The notes under the pieces were generated by a model. The model saw nothing but the letters and a program-made list of their open reading frames with translations, made no database searches and was not told the origin of the DNA. Of a stretch of 64,000 nucleotides of DNA, positions 1 through 8,607 are shown piece after piece. How positions within the stretch are numbered: position 1 is the stretch's first letter; the number at the start of each line of letters is the position of its first letter. This stretch comes from Acidimicrobiia bacterium (GTDB taxonomy: Bacteria; Actinomycetota; Acidimicrobiia; Acidimicrobiales; JACDCH01): contig JBQTIQ010000011.1 of NCBI GenBank assembly GCA_052387955.1, positions 3,602-67,601 on the forward strand, in the 5' to 3' direction. A program made the position numbers and the translations under genes.

Positions 1-86
1 CCGTGACCACGCCTCAGGGCACGGACTCCGCCACCTTCACCTACGTCCGGCGCTTGTAGTAGCCGAGCCGTAGCGCAGTACTGATC

Positions 87-112
87 GGGGGCCGGCCTTC
101 GGGCCGGCCCCC
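87..112. terminator. GC-rich hairpin in a convergent intergenic gap
   Basis: Perfect 11-bp inverted repeat GGGGGCCGGCC-TTCG-GGCCGGCCCCC read directly. It lies between a + strand frame stopping at 57-59 and the - strand permease stop at 124-126. There is no U-tract, so terminator function is only inferred. Confidence 0.45.
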
Positions 113-123
113 TTGCGCGTCCG

Positions 124-1755
124 TCAGGTGTGCTGAACGCGGCGCAGGACGAGCAGCCACGTCAGCACGCCCGAGATGGCGACCAGAGCCAGGGACGCGA
201 GGCCGGTCTCGGCCCAGCGGGCAGACTCACGGGCGGTCCAGATCCGCACGGCCAGCGTGTCCGTGCCCGTGGGGCGCAGCAGGAGCGTGGCCGGCAGCTC
301 CTTCATGGTCGACAGCAGCACGAGCCCGGCGCCGGCGAGCAGACCGGGCGCCATGAGGGGCAGGTCCACGGTCCCGAAACGACGGATGCGGCCGGCGCCG
401 AGCGACCGGGCGGCGTCGTCGAGCTGGCGGGGCACCGATGCCACCGCGACCTGTGCCGCCCTCAGGCCCTGCGCCCCGAAGTGCACGGCGTAGGCGGCGA
501 TCAGCAACGGCAGGGTCTGGTACAGCCGGGCGATGGGACCGGCCTCGAGCGACCACGAGGCCAGGGCCAGGGCGATGAGCAGGCCCGGCACCGCGAACCC
601 GCCGACCACGACCGCGCTCGCCATCCCCCCGGCCCGGGACCGGTAGCGACCGGTGAGGTAGGCCCCGGGCAGCACGACGGCCACGGTCACGACCGCGGCG
701 ACGATGCCGAGCACGGCCGTGGTCAGCACCGGCTCGACCAGCGAACCGAGATCGGGCCCGCCGAGCTGGCCGGTGCGGGCCAGTCCCCGCCACGCCCACC
801 ACCCCATGACCGACAGCGGTGCCGCCAGGGCCACCATGAGGACCCCTACCACCGCGGCCAACGCCGGCCACCGCCACCGGCCGAGCGGCACGATGAGCGG
901 GGCGCGGGAACTGGCCACCTCGACCCGGGCGCGTCGACGCGACAGCGTTCGTTCGGCCGCCACCACCGCGATGGCCACCAACGCCAGGAGCAGGCCGAGG
1001 GCGATCGCCTGGTCACGGGCGAAGAGCCGGGTCTCGAAGATCTCGACGGTCAGCGTGCGGTAGCGGAGCTGGGCCACGGCGCCGAAATCGCTGACCGTGT
1101 AGAGGAAGACCAGCAGCGAACCGGCCCCGATGGCCCCGCCGGCCTGAGGGAGCACGACGGTGCGCAAGACCGAGGCCGGCGCCCGGCCCAGGAGCCGGGC
1201 CGACTCCTCCAACGAAGGCGGCAGGGCCATCAACCGGGCGGCGACGGGTAGATAGACGAAGGGGTACGTGAACAGGGTCAACACCCCCAGGGCCCCCCAG
1301 AACCCCTCGACGTCGCCCAGGCCCAGGGGGGTGCCGCCGGGCAGCACCGCTTCGAGGAGACCGCCGGGCGCCACCGCCGCCAGGAGGGCGGCGGCGCCGA
1401 CGAAGCTCGGGAAGACGAGGGGTAGGGGTGCCAGGACGGCCCAGATGCGCCGGCCGGGCACGTCGGTGCGGACCGTCAGCCACGCCATCGCCGTGCCCAC
1501 CAGGGCGCTGAGCACGGCCACCGAGCTGGCCAGCGTCAGGGTACGGGCGAGGGGCCCGAGCGCCGTCGACGACGTGGCGAACTCGAAGGTCTCGCCGCCG
1601 ATGGTGATGCCTTCGACCAGTAGGTAGGCGACGGGGGCCGCGAACGGCAGCGCCGCCACCAGGACCACCACCAGCAGGCCGCGGGGCGCTCCCCGGCCGG
1701 CGGCGGCCCTGACCCTGAACGGCCGTGTCAGGGCCCGGAGTGCCGCCTCAGTCAC
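124..1755 (-). CDS. Fe(3+)-type ABC transporter permease, two fused permease domains (FbpB/ThiP-like)
   Basis: Track ORF 124..2421 trimmed to the in-frame GTG at 1755 (VTEAALRALTRPF...). The upstream part is Arg/Pro-rich and overlaps the SBP gene. About 543 aa with many TM helices in two tandem halves. Same strand as the iron-type SBP and ATPase. Confidence 0.8.
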   Translation of the reverse strand: MTEAALRALTRPFRVRAAAGRGAPRGLLVVVLVAALPFAAPVAYLLVEGITIGGETFEFATSSTALGPLARTLTLASSVAVLSALVGTAMAWLTVRTDVPGRRIWAVLAPLPLVFPSFVGAAALLAAVAPGGLLEAVLPGGTPLGLGDVEGFWGALGVLTLFTYPFVYLPVAARLMALPPSLEESARLLGRAPASVLRTVVLPQAGGAIGAGSLLVFLYTVSDFGAVAQLRYRTLTVEIFETRLFARDQAIALGLLLALVAIAVVAAERTLSRRRARVEVASSRAPLIVPLGRWRWPALAAVVGVLMVALAAPLSVMGWWAWRGLARTGQLGGPDLGSLVEPVLTTAVLGIVAAVVTVAVVLPGAYLTGRYRSRAGGMASAVVVGGFAVPGLLIALALASWSLEAGPIARLYQTLPLLIAAYAVHFGAQGLRAAQVAVASVPRQLDDAARSLGAGRIRRFGTVDLPLMAPGLLAGAGLVLLSTMKELPATLLLRPTGTDTLAVRIWTARESARWAETGLASLALVAISGVLTWLLVLRRVQHT

Positions 1756-1936
1756 CAGTACCCCGGCCCTGCTGACCGGCCAGGCCTCATCGCAAGGAGG
1801 TGCAGCCGAGGCATCACTGCGAGGGGGTGTGGGGGGAACGGCCTCCGGCGGTGCCCCCCACCCGCGGGACGATCCGTGCTTGGCCGGTCGTCCCGCCGCA
1901 TGCAGCCGCAGGCCCGCCGAAGGCGGGCACCGGTGA

Positions 1937-1967
1937 CTCGCTCCGGAACCTCCGGTTCCGGAGCGAG
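1937..1967 (-). promoter_or_regulatory. Intercistronic perfect hairpin between the SBP and permease genes
   Basis: CTCGCTCCGGAACC-TCC-GGTTCCGGAGCGAG forms a 14-bp perfect stem. It starts 3 nt after the SBP stop (1971-1973), inside a ~215-nt spacer. Confidence 0.5.
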
Positions 1968-1970
1968 ACC

Positions 1971-2987
1971 TCAGCGACCGAGGCCACTGTCGCGTATCAG
2001 CTCCACCGTCCGGCTCAGCTGGTCGAGGGAACCGAATTCGATGCGGCTCGAGGCGACCGTGTCGAGTGGGGGAAGGCCCGCCGCCGGCTCCACGCCGGCC
2101 ACCAGCGGGTACTCCTGGGTCTCCTCGGCGAAGTAGCGCTGGGACTCGGGCGACAGCAGGAAGCTGACCAGGCGCTCGGCGGCGTCGCCCTGGTCGGTCG
2201 TGTCGAGCACGCTGGCCGCGCTCACCAACAGCAGCCCCCCGAGGTCGCCCTCTTCGAAGAAGTGCAGGGCGGTGGGCAGGTCGGGGTCCTCGGCCTTGGC
2301 CCGGAAGTCGTAGTAGTGGTTGATCAGCCCGGTGTCGACCTCGCCCCGGCCGACGGCCTCGAGGATCGACACGTTGTTGGGGTAGATCCGGGGGGAGTTG
2401 GCGGCGATGCCCTCGAGCCACTCCCGGGTGCGGTCCTCGCCGACCTCGACCCGCATGGCGGTCACGAAGTCCTGGAACGACCCGTTGGACGGGGCCACGC
2501 CGATGCGGCCCGAGAAGCGGGGGTCGGTGAGGTCGAACACCGACGGGGGCAGGTCTGCCTCCTGGACCTTGTCGGTGTTGAAGACGAGCGTGCGCACCCG
2601 GCCACTGAGGCCGATCCAGGCGCCGTCGGTGGCGTGGTCCTCGGCGGGGACGTTGTCGAGGATGCCGGCCGGCAGCGGCCGCAGACGCTCCTTGGAGTCG
2701 AGGAAGGCCACCGCGCCCGGGCTCTGGGAGATGAACACGTCGGCCGGCGACTGGTCGCCTTCGGTGTCGATCAGCAGGGCGAGCTCGGCGGTGTCGGCGT
2801 AGCGGACCTCGACGTCGACGTCGGCTTCCTGGGCGAAGCGGTCGAGGAGGGGGCCGATGAGGTCCTTGGTCCGCCCGGAGTAGACGGTGACCAACTGGTC
2901 GTCACCGCTGCTACAGGAGGAGCCGACGGTGACGAGGAGGGCGACGGCGAAGACGGCGGTGAGCGGACGTCCGGGTGGCAGGCGCAT
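1971..2987 (-). CDS. Iron(III) ABC transporter substrate-binding lipoprotein (FbpA/AfuA-like)
   Basis: 338 aa. Signal plus lipobox-like LVTVGSSC. The body (VTVYSGRTKDLIGPLLDRF..., FISQSPGAV...) is typical of Fe3+ periplasmic binding proteins. Flanked by the matching ATPase and permease. Confidence 0.85.
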   Translation of the reverse strand: MRLPPGRPLTAVFAVALLVTVGSSCSSGDDQLVTVYSGRTKDLIGPLLDRFAQEADVDVEVRYADTAELALLIDTEGDQSPADVFISQSPGAVAFLDSKERLRPLPAGILDNVPAEDHATDGAWIGLSGRVRTLVFNTDKVQEADLPPSVFDLTDPRFSGRIGVAPSNGSFQDFVTAMRVEVGEDRTREWLEGIAANSPRIYPNNVSILEAVGRGEVDTGLINHYYDFRAKAEDPDLPTALHFFEEGDLGGLLLVSAASVLDTTDQGDAAERLVSFLLSPESQRYFAEETQEYPLVAGVEPAAGLPPLDTVASSRIEFGSLDQLSRTVELIRDSGLGR

Positions 2988-3075
2988 ACGGCGATCACAC
3001 TAACCGCTCCTGTTAGCAGTCGTAAGGTCGTCCAAACAACGACTGTGGCCCGGCAAGCGACCGAAAGATTGGGGG

Positions 3076-4221
3076 TCAGAGGAGACCCGGGGCGCCGTTG
3101 CTCAGGGCCGCCACGTCGCCGCGATCGACGGGCTGCGGGCGGCGATTGTCACCGACGACGTCGGCCTCGTCAGCCGACGACGGTGCCGCGGGATAGAAGA
3201 CCGCCGGCGGCCCGGCGTAGCGGACGGTGACGTGGTCACCCCGGTGATGGCGTGGCCCCGAACCCGCACGGGCCCGGACGCTCCCGCCGGCGTCGAGGCG
3301 GACCACGTACACGGTGTCGTGGCCGTGGTACTCGAGCAGGTCGACGACGGCGTCGTGCCCGGCGCCGAGGAGCAGTTCCTCCGGCCGCACCAGCACCTGG
3401 CCCACGCCCGAGGCCGGCGACGCCAACGGCACCGGCCCCAGAGCGGTCTCGGCGGTGCCCGATCGGGCATGGCCGTCGAGCAGGTTGGCGTCACCCACGA
3501 ACGCCGCCACCCACGGGTCGACGGGCTGGGCGTAGAGCTCTTCGGGCCGGGCCTGTTGGACGATGCGCCCGTCGTGCATGACGGCCACCTCGTCGCCGAG
3601 GACGAAGGCTTCCTCCTGGTCGTGGGTGACGAACACGGCCGTGATCCCGAGCTCGACCAACAACCGGTGCACCTCGCCCCGGACCTGTACCCGCAGCACC
3701 GTGTCGAGGCTCGAGAACGGTTCGTCGAGGAGCAGCACCGACGGTGCCGGGGCCAGCGACCGGGCCAACGCCACCCGCTGCTGCTGCCCGCCGGAGAGCG
3801 TCCCGGGCATACGGTCACCCATGCCCCCGAGGCCGACCATCTCGAGCGCCTCGTCGACCCGGGCGCCGTGGCGTTGGTTCCGGGGCAGCCCGTAGGCCAC
3901 GTTTCGGGACACGGTGAGATGGGGGAACAGGGCTCCGTCCTGGAACACCATCCCCACCCGGCGGCGCTCGGGCGGGACCCACAGGCCGTCACCGGCGACG
4001 ACGCGGTCGCCGACCTTCACCGTGCCGTGGTCGGCCCGCTCGAGGCCGGCGATGATCCGCAGCAACGTCGTCTTGCCGCAGCCGCTGGGCCCCAGCAGGG
4101 CGACCACGAGGCCCGCCGGCACCCGGAAATCGACGTCGCGCAATACCGGCGTCGTCCCGAACCGCCTGCGCATCTCGGTGGCCTCGACGGCGCACGACGC
4201 CACCCTGGCCCCGGTAGTCAT
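3076..4221 (-). CDS. ABC transporter ATP-binding protein (FbpC-like, with C-terminal TOBE-like region)
   Basis: Trimmed to ATG at 4221 (MTTGARV...). Walker A GPSGCGKTT, signature LSGGQQQR, Walker B LLLDEP. Confidence 0.9.
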   Translation of the reverse strand: MTTGARVASCAVEATEMRRRFGTTPVLRDVDFRVPAGLVVALLGPSGCGKTTLLRIIAGLERADHGTVKVGDRVVAGDGLWVPPERRRVGMVFQDGALFPHLTVSRNVAYGLPRNQRHGARVDEALEMVGLGGMGDRMPGTLSGGQQQRVALARSLAPAPSVLLLDEPFSSLDTVLRVQVRGEVHRLLVELGITAVFVTHDQEEAFVLGDEVAVMHDGRIVQQARPEELYAQPVDPWVAAFVGDANLLDGHARSGTAETALGPVPLASPASGVGQVLVRPEELLLGAGHDAVVDLLEYHGHDTVYVVRLDAGGSVRARAGSGPRHHRGDHVTVRYAGPPAVFYPAAPSSADEADVVGDNRRPQPVDRGDVAALSNGAPGLL

Positions 4222-4310
4222 GGGCGCGAAGGCTACCCGTCTCCCTCTTGTGAGCCGGAGCCCGCCTGCGGGTACCCAAGCTCGGTGAAGCGAGCGAGTG
4301 AGGGTGAAAC

Positions 4311-5288
4311 CTAGAGCCAGTCGTTGTGCCGGAAGAGGCGATAGAGGGCGGCCGAAAGCACGACGATGAGGGCAACAGAGACGATGACCCCCGACCGCTG
4401 GCCCGAGCCCGGGTAGGGGACGTTCATGCCGTAGAAGCTGGTGATGAGCGTGGGCACGGCCAGGATGGCAGCCCAACTCGTCACCTTCTTCACGATCAGG
4501 TTCTGGCGGTAGTCACGCAGGCTGAGGTTGGTGTCGACGATGGTGGCGACCCGTTCCCGGATCGCCTCGGACTCCTCGCTGGCCCGCACGATGTGGTCGA
4601 ACACGTCCTGGTAGTAGGGCGCCATGTCGTCGACGACCAGGTCCAGGTCTCGGCGCAACAAGGTGCCCACCGCCTCGCGCAGGGGTATCACCAGCCGGTG
4701 GAAGCGGCCCAGCGACTGGCGCATCTGGAACCAGTGGCGCTGTCGGGCCGGTTCGAGGGGGGTCTCGTTGAAGAGGCTCTCGCTGACGTCCTCGTAGTAG
4801 TCGTCGAAGGCGTCCACGGTCTCGACGAAGGCGTCGACGACGACGTCGAGGAGGCCGTACAGCAGGAAGCTCACGCCGTAGTGGGCGTGCTCCGTCGACG
4901 TGTCCCAACGGTTGCGGACCTGGGCCACGTCGAAGCTTTCGTCCTTGCGCACGGTCACCAACCAGCGACGGGCGACGAAGGCGTCGACCTCGGTGTCGGT
5001 CAGCTCGCCCGAGTCGGGGTCGAGGCGCACGGCATGGCAGGCCAGGAAGAGATGGGTGTCGTAGTGGTCGACCTTGGGCCGCTGGTGGGCGCCGAGGGCG
5101 TCCTCGACGGCCAGCTCGTGCAAGCCGAGCTCGTCGGCGAGCTCGTCGAGCTGCTCCTTGGTCGGCTCCGAGAAGTCGACCCACACCACCGTGCCGGGCT
5201 CCTCGAGGTACTCGGAGACGTCGGCCACGGGAAAGTCCTCGGTGTCGAGCACGCCCTTGCGGTACAGCCGCGTCCGCGGCGGTGTCAT
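4311..5288 (-). CDS. corA: Magnesium/cobalt transporter CorA
   Basis: Trimmed to ATG at 5288 (MTPPRTRLYRKG...). Has the C-terminal YGMNV (GMN) motif followed by a final TM helix. 326 aa. Confidence 0.9.
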   Translation of the reverse strand: MTPPRTRLYRKGVLDTEDFPVADVSEYLEEPGTVVWVDFSEPTKEQLDELADELGLHELAVEDALGAHQRPKVDHYDTHLFLACHAVRLDPDSGELTDTEVDAFVARRWLVTVRKDESFDVAQVRNRWDTSTEHAHYGVSFLLYGLLDVVVDAFVETVDAFDDYYEDVSESLFNETPLEPARQRHWFQMRQSLGRFHRLVIPLREAVGTLLRRDLDLVVDDMAPYYQDVFDHIVRASEESEAIRERVATIVDTNLSLRDYRQNLIVKKVTSWAAILAVPTLITSFYGMNVPYPGSGQRSGVIVSVALIVVLSAALYRLFRHNDWL

Positions 5289-5340
5289 GAGCCCCTCCCA
5301 TCCTGGTCGTGACCGCGACGGCCAGGATACGGTCGTGGCG

Positions 5341-6072
5341 ATGCCCCACAGAGAACCCCCCAACCCGGCCAAGATGGGGGCGACGCCCACGCCGGGACCG
5401 TCGCTGGGTACCCCCGAGCTCGAGCTCGAGCTCGAGCTCAGCGACAGCGGACGGGCGGTGCTGTCGGTCCCCGCCGTCCCCGCCGGCGGGGCGGTGCCGC
5501 TGATGGTCATGTTGCACGGTGGCGGGGGGGCTCCCGAACAGGTGGTCGACCTGTTGGGGGGCCAGCCCGCCAGCCGGGGCATCGCGGTGCTCTCGCCCAA
5601 GTCCCGGGGCTTCACCTGGGACCAGATCGCATCCGGCGAGGTCGGCACCGACCCTCCCCTGCTCGACGAGGCGCTCGTCCAGGCCTACCAACGGGTCAAC
5701 GTCGACCCGACCCGGTTGGCGTTGGCCGGGTTCTCCGACGGCGCCTCCTATGCGCTGTCGCTCGGGCTCAACAACGGCGACATCTTCACCCACGTCATCG
5801 CCTTCTCCCCCGGCTTCTGCATGCCGGCGGGCATGAACGGCAAGCCCTACGTGTTCGTGTCCCACGGCGTGAGCGACCGCGTGCTGCGCATCGAGATGGC
5901 CAGCCACCGCATCGTGCCCCCCTTGCTCGAGACCGGCTACATGACCGAGTACAAGGAGTTCCTCGGCGGCCACGAGGCCCCCGAGTGGATCATCGGTCGC
6001 GGCCTCGACCTGCTCGTGGGAACGCCGGGGGCGCGGCCGAAGGTGACCAACAAGGACCGCGTCTTCCGCTGA
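5341..6072 (+). CDS. Alpha/beta-hydrolase esterase (phospholipase/carboxylesterase family)
   Basis: Start ATG 5341. MLHGGGG oxyanion-type block, nucleophile elbow GFSDG, later SHG..D. The N-terminus carries an ELELELEL tract. Confidence 0.7.
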   Translation: MPHREPPNPAKMGATPTPGPSLGTPELELELELSDSGRAVLSVPAVPAGGAVPLMVMLHGGGGAPEQVVDLLGGQPASRGIAVLSPKSRGFTWDQIASGEVGTDPPLLDEALVQAYQRVNVDPTRLALAGFSDGASYALSLGLNNGDIFTHVIAFSPGFCMPAGMNGKPYVFVSHGVSDRVLRIEMASHRIVPPLLETGYMTEYKEFLGGHEAPEWIIGRGLDLLVGTPGARPKVTNKDRVFR

Positions 6073-6131
6073 CCGCTGACCTCGCCGGCCGGCGCCGCGC
6101 CCACGCCCGGGGCCCGCGGAGGTGAGGCGGC

Positions 6132-6776
6132 TTACTCGGGTGGCTTGCCCGCCAGGTACACGAACCGCTCGGTGATGTGGAGGGCATGGTCGCCGAGGCG
6201 CTCGTAGAAGCGGGCGACCAGCGCCATCTCGAGGGCCGCCGCCAGCTCCACCGTGCCCGACATCAACTGGGCGGTGAGCCGGGTGTGCAGGTCGTCGAGC
6301 TCGTCGTCGATCTTGTCGAGGCGCTCGGCTGCCGCCGGGTCGCGGTCGGCGTAGGCCTCGGCCGCCGCCCGCCACATGGTGGCGGCGACCGTGCCCATCT
6401 GTTCGACCAGGCCCCGGACCGCCGGCGGCACCTCGCCGCCCAGGCCTCGGGCCGCCCGCTGGGCGATGTGCTCGGCCAGGTCGCCGCTGCGCTCGAGCTC
6501 GGGGACGATGCGGAGCACCGAGAGCAGGTAGCGGAACTCGCTCGCCACCGGGGCCTGCACCAACATGTGGTGCTCGACCAGGCGCTCCACGTTGCTGTAG
6601 AGCGAGTCGATGAGGTCGTCGCGGGCGCTGGCCTCCCGGCCGGAGCTGCGCTCGCCGGCCAGGAACGCCTGTGTCGCCGCCGCCAGGCTCTCGCTCACCA
6701 GCGCGAAGAGCTGGATGACCCGCCCGTCGATGTCATCGAGCGCATCGTGAAAGCTCTTGCGCAGCGGCCCGGCCAC
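6132..6776 (-). CDS. phoU: Phosphate-transport regulator PhoU
   Basis: 214 aa with two PhoU repeats and E/D..D motifs (ELERSGDLAEHIA, YERLGDHALHI). Confidence 0.9.
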   Translation of the reverse strand: MAGPLRKSFHDALDDIDGRVIQLFALVSESLAAATQAFLAGERSSGREASARDDLIDSLYSNVERLVEHHMLVQAPVASEFRYLLSVLRIVPELERSGDLAEHIAQRAARGLGGEVPPAVRGLVEQMGTVAATMWRAAAEAYADRDPAAAERLDKIDDELDDLHTRLTAQLMSGTVELAAALEMALVARFYERLGDHALHITERFVYLAGKPPE

Positions 6777-6897
6777 CAGCCAAACCTACCCGTCCACGAC
6801 CGGCCCAGGCCGTGTCCTCGGGCCCGGGACAGACCGTTGGATTCGCTGGCCATCGATGTCGGGGTCCCGGTCAGCGACCGAAGACCTTCGGATCAGG

Positions 6898-7054
6898 GCC
6901 CTGTACGGCGTCAGCCGCAGGGGGTGCGGGAGGCACCCCCGCATATCCGCCGGAGGGTGGCTTCGCCGCCCGCAGGCGGCTCGAGCCCGCCGGAGGCGGG
7001 CGCCTTTGACTCGCCAGAGCGAAGCGAGCGAAGCGAGCGGAGCGAGGGCGACAC
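6898..7054 (-). repeat. Dispersed GC-rich multi-hairpin intergenic repeat, copy A (core plus CT-rich 5' module)
   Basis: The reverse complement aligns by eye with 36361-36513, with about 8 differences over the ~105-nt core. It contains stacked short hairpins (GCCCGCC-TCC-GGCGGGC, GCCGCC-TGCG-GGCGGC, GCGGGGG-TGC-CTCCCGC). Confidence 0.8.
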
Positions 7055-7516
7055 TCACAGGTAACGGAGGTCGTCGGCTTCGTCGGCTTCGACGGTGCGG
7101 GCGCACGTCGGGCAGTACCACCGCGCCTCGACGGGCGTGCCGCACAGGGCATGGTGCGCGGGCTCGGCGCCGCCGGCCCGGGCCGCCCCCCACTGGGCGA
7201 GGAGGCGCAGCGCGCCGGCGAGGTCGGCTCCCGAGGCGGTGAGGCGGTAGTCGAACCGGGGTGGCCGCTGGCTGTAGGGCAGGGCGACGACGAGGCCTTC
7301 GTGCTCCAGATGGCGCAGGCGTTTCGACAAGACGTTGGGGGCGAGCCCGGGGAAACCGTCGAGGAGCTCGTTGAACCGTCGGGGCCCGTCGAGCAGGCCG
7401 CTCACCAACAGCAGCGTCCAGCGGTCTCCGATACGGGCCATCGCCTCCTCGAGCGGGCTGGGGGCCTCCCCGGCAACCTCGGTCGGCGTCTGGGCGGTGC
7501 GGGCGGCGCGGGGCAC
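7055..7516 (-). CDS. HxlR-family winged-helix transcriptional regulator
   Basis: IGDRWTLLLV...RRFNELL...APNVLSKRLRHLEHEGLV is the HxlR signature. Start taken as GTG 7516; ATG 7441 is an alternative. The longer track ORF runs into the divergent promoter region. Confidence 0.75.
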   Translation of the reverse strand: MPRAARTAQTPTEVAGEAPSPLEEAMARIGDRWTLLLVSGLLDGPRRFNELLDGFPGLAPNVLSKRLRHLEHEGLVVALPYSQRPPRFDYRLTASGADLAGALRLLAQWGAARAGGAEPAHHALCGTPVEARWYCPTCARTVEADEADDLRYL

Positions 7517-7558
7517 ACCTCCATGTTGCCGTCCGAGGCCGCTTGTCAGGCAAGGGCC

Positions 7559-7602
7559 GATAGTGAATACTGATTGGCAAGTCACTATCTGCTCACTATC
7601 AG
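7559..7602. promoter_or_regulatory. Candidate operator and promoter in the HxlR/protease divergent gap
   Basis: GATAGTGA (7559-7566) and TCACTATC (7582-7589) form an 8-bp inverted repeat. A second direct TCACTATC lies at 7593-7600. These overlap a TTGGCA(7574-7579)-17 nt-TATCAG(7597-7602) promoter-like pair upstream of the protease SD GGAGAGGGAGG. Confidence 0.4.
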
Positions 7603-7633
7603 CTCGCGCTGGGGTGGGCCGGAGAGGGAGGCC

Positions 7634-8509
7634 ATGAGCATCGTGGACGAGTTGTCGGAGGCGGCAACGAAAGCGTTGGCCAGCGCCGGCCCGTCGGTTG
7701 TCAGGATCGGCAGCGGGCCGGGCCGAGGCTGCGGCGTGGTCGTGGGCGTGGGGGTCGTGGTGACCAACGCCCACAACCTGCGGGGGGCGACCACCACCGT
7801 CACCTTCGCCGGCGGTCGACAGGCGACCGGCACAGTGTCAGGGACCGACGTCGACGGCGACCTGGCCGCCATCGAGGTCGACACCGGCGACACGGCGGCG
7901 GCCCACTGGGCCCCCCGGCCGGCGGCCGCCGGCCAGGTCGCCTTCGCGGTGGCACGCGATGCCGGCGGTGGCGACCGGGTCTCGTTCGGCCTCGTCAGCG
8001 GCACCGAACGCGCCTTTCGAGGGCCGAGAGGCCGCCGTATCAAGGGCACGATCGAGCACACCGCCCCGCTACCCCGGGGCTCGTCGGGCAGCCCGGTGGT
8101 GGACGCCGACGGAGCCGTTCTCGGGCTGAGCACCAACCGCCTGGGCGAGGGCTTCTACCTGGCCCTGCCCGCCGACGACGAGCTGCGAGGACGGATCGAG
8201 GGGCTCCGCTCCGGCCACGTTCCGCGTCGGCCCCGCCTCGGGGTGGGCCTGGCGCCGGCGCACGTCGCCCGTGCCCTGCGTCGTTCGGTGGGCCTCGAGG
8301 CCCGTGACGGCTTGCTGGTACGAGCGGTCGAGGAGGGATCACCGGCCGACGCCGCCGGACTGCGGGAGGGGGACCTGCTGGTCGCGGCCGACGGGCTGGC
8401 GTTGACCACCAGCGACGACCTGCACGATGCCCTCGACCGCGCCGGCGCCGAGCTGCGGGTGACCGTCGTCCGCGGCAACGACGACATCGAGGCCGTCGTC
8501 GTGTTGTGA
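7634..8509 (+). CDS. Trypsin-like serine protease with C-terminal PDZ domain (S1C/HtrA-like)
   Basis: ATG 7634 preceded by GGAGAGGGAGG. Catalytic blocks VVTNAHN, DGDLAAI and GSSGSPVV. The C-terminal segment (GLLVRAVEEGSPADAAGLREGDLLV) is PDZ-like. Confidence 0.8.
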   Translation: MSIVDELSEAATKALASAGPSVVRIGSGPGRGCGVVVGVGVVVTNAHNLRGATTTVTFAGGRQATGTVSGTDVDGDLAAIEVDTGDTAAAHWAPRPAAAGQVAFAVARDAGGGDRVSFGLVSGTERAFRGPRGRRIKGTIEHTAPLPRGSSGSPVVDADGAVLGLSTNRLGEGFYLALPADDELRGRIEGLRSGHVPRRPRLGVGLAPAHVARALRRSVGLEARDGLLVRAVEEGSPADAAGLREGDLLVAADGLALTTSDDLHDALDRAGAELRVTVVRGNDDIEAVVVL

Positions 8510-8607
8510 GTCGTCGTCCTCACTTCGCTCGCTCCGTCTTCAACTCCTGGTCCTGATCGCGCCTACTGGGCCTCGCAACCAGCGCGGGCCCTACCAACTG
8601 GCCCGAG

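Noticed and set aside
130-1251. Long antisense or alternative-frame ORFs throughout the window. Examples: 130..1251(+), 4513..6375(-), the 5' two-thirds of 18963..22460(+), 20082..22517(-), 23421..25664(+), 45830..47953(-), 46549..48282(+), 53473..55371 upstream part.
   Set aside because: Their translations are Arg/Pro/Gly/Ala-rich and lack domain structure. Each lies opposite to, or out of frame with, a gene that has clear family motifs. This is the expected shadow-ORF behaviour of very high-GC DNA.
2988-3075. IdeR/DtxR or Fur box in the AT-richer gap upstream of the iron SBP gene (CTAACAGGAGCGGTTAG inverted repeat).
   Set aside because: Only the CTAAC/GTTAG ends resemble the TTAGGTTAGGCTAACCTAA consensus. 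The alignment of the remaining positions is poor, so I will not call an iron box.
6786-7580. ORFs spanning the dispersed repeat that share a 'conserved' peptide (RLRAAKPPSGGYAGVPPAPPAA in 6871..7152, 35364..36734 and 50747..51055).
   Set aside because: The conservation is at the DNA-repeat level. The copies lack starts and RBSs, occur in either orientation between real genes, and have shadow-like translations.
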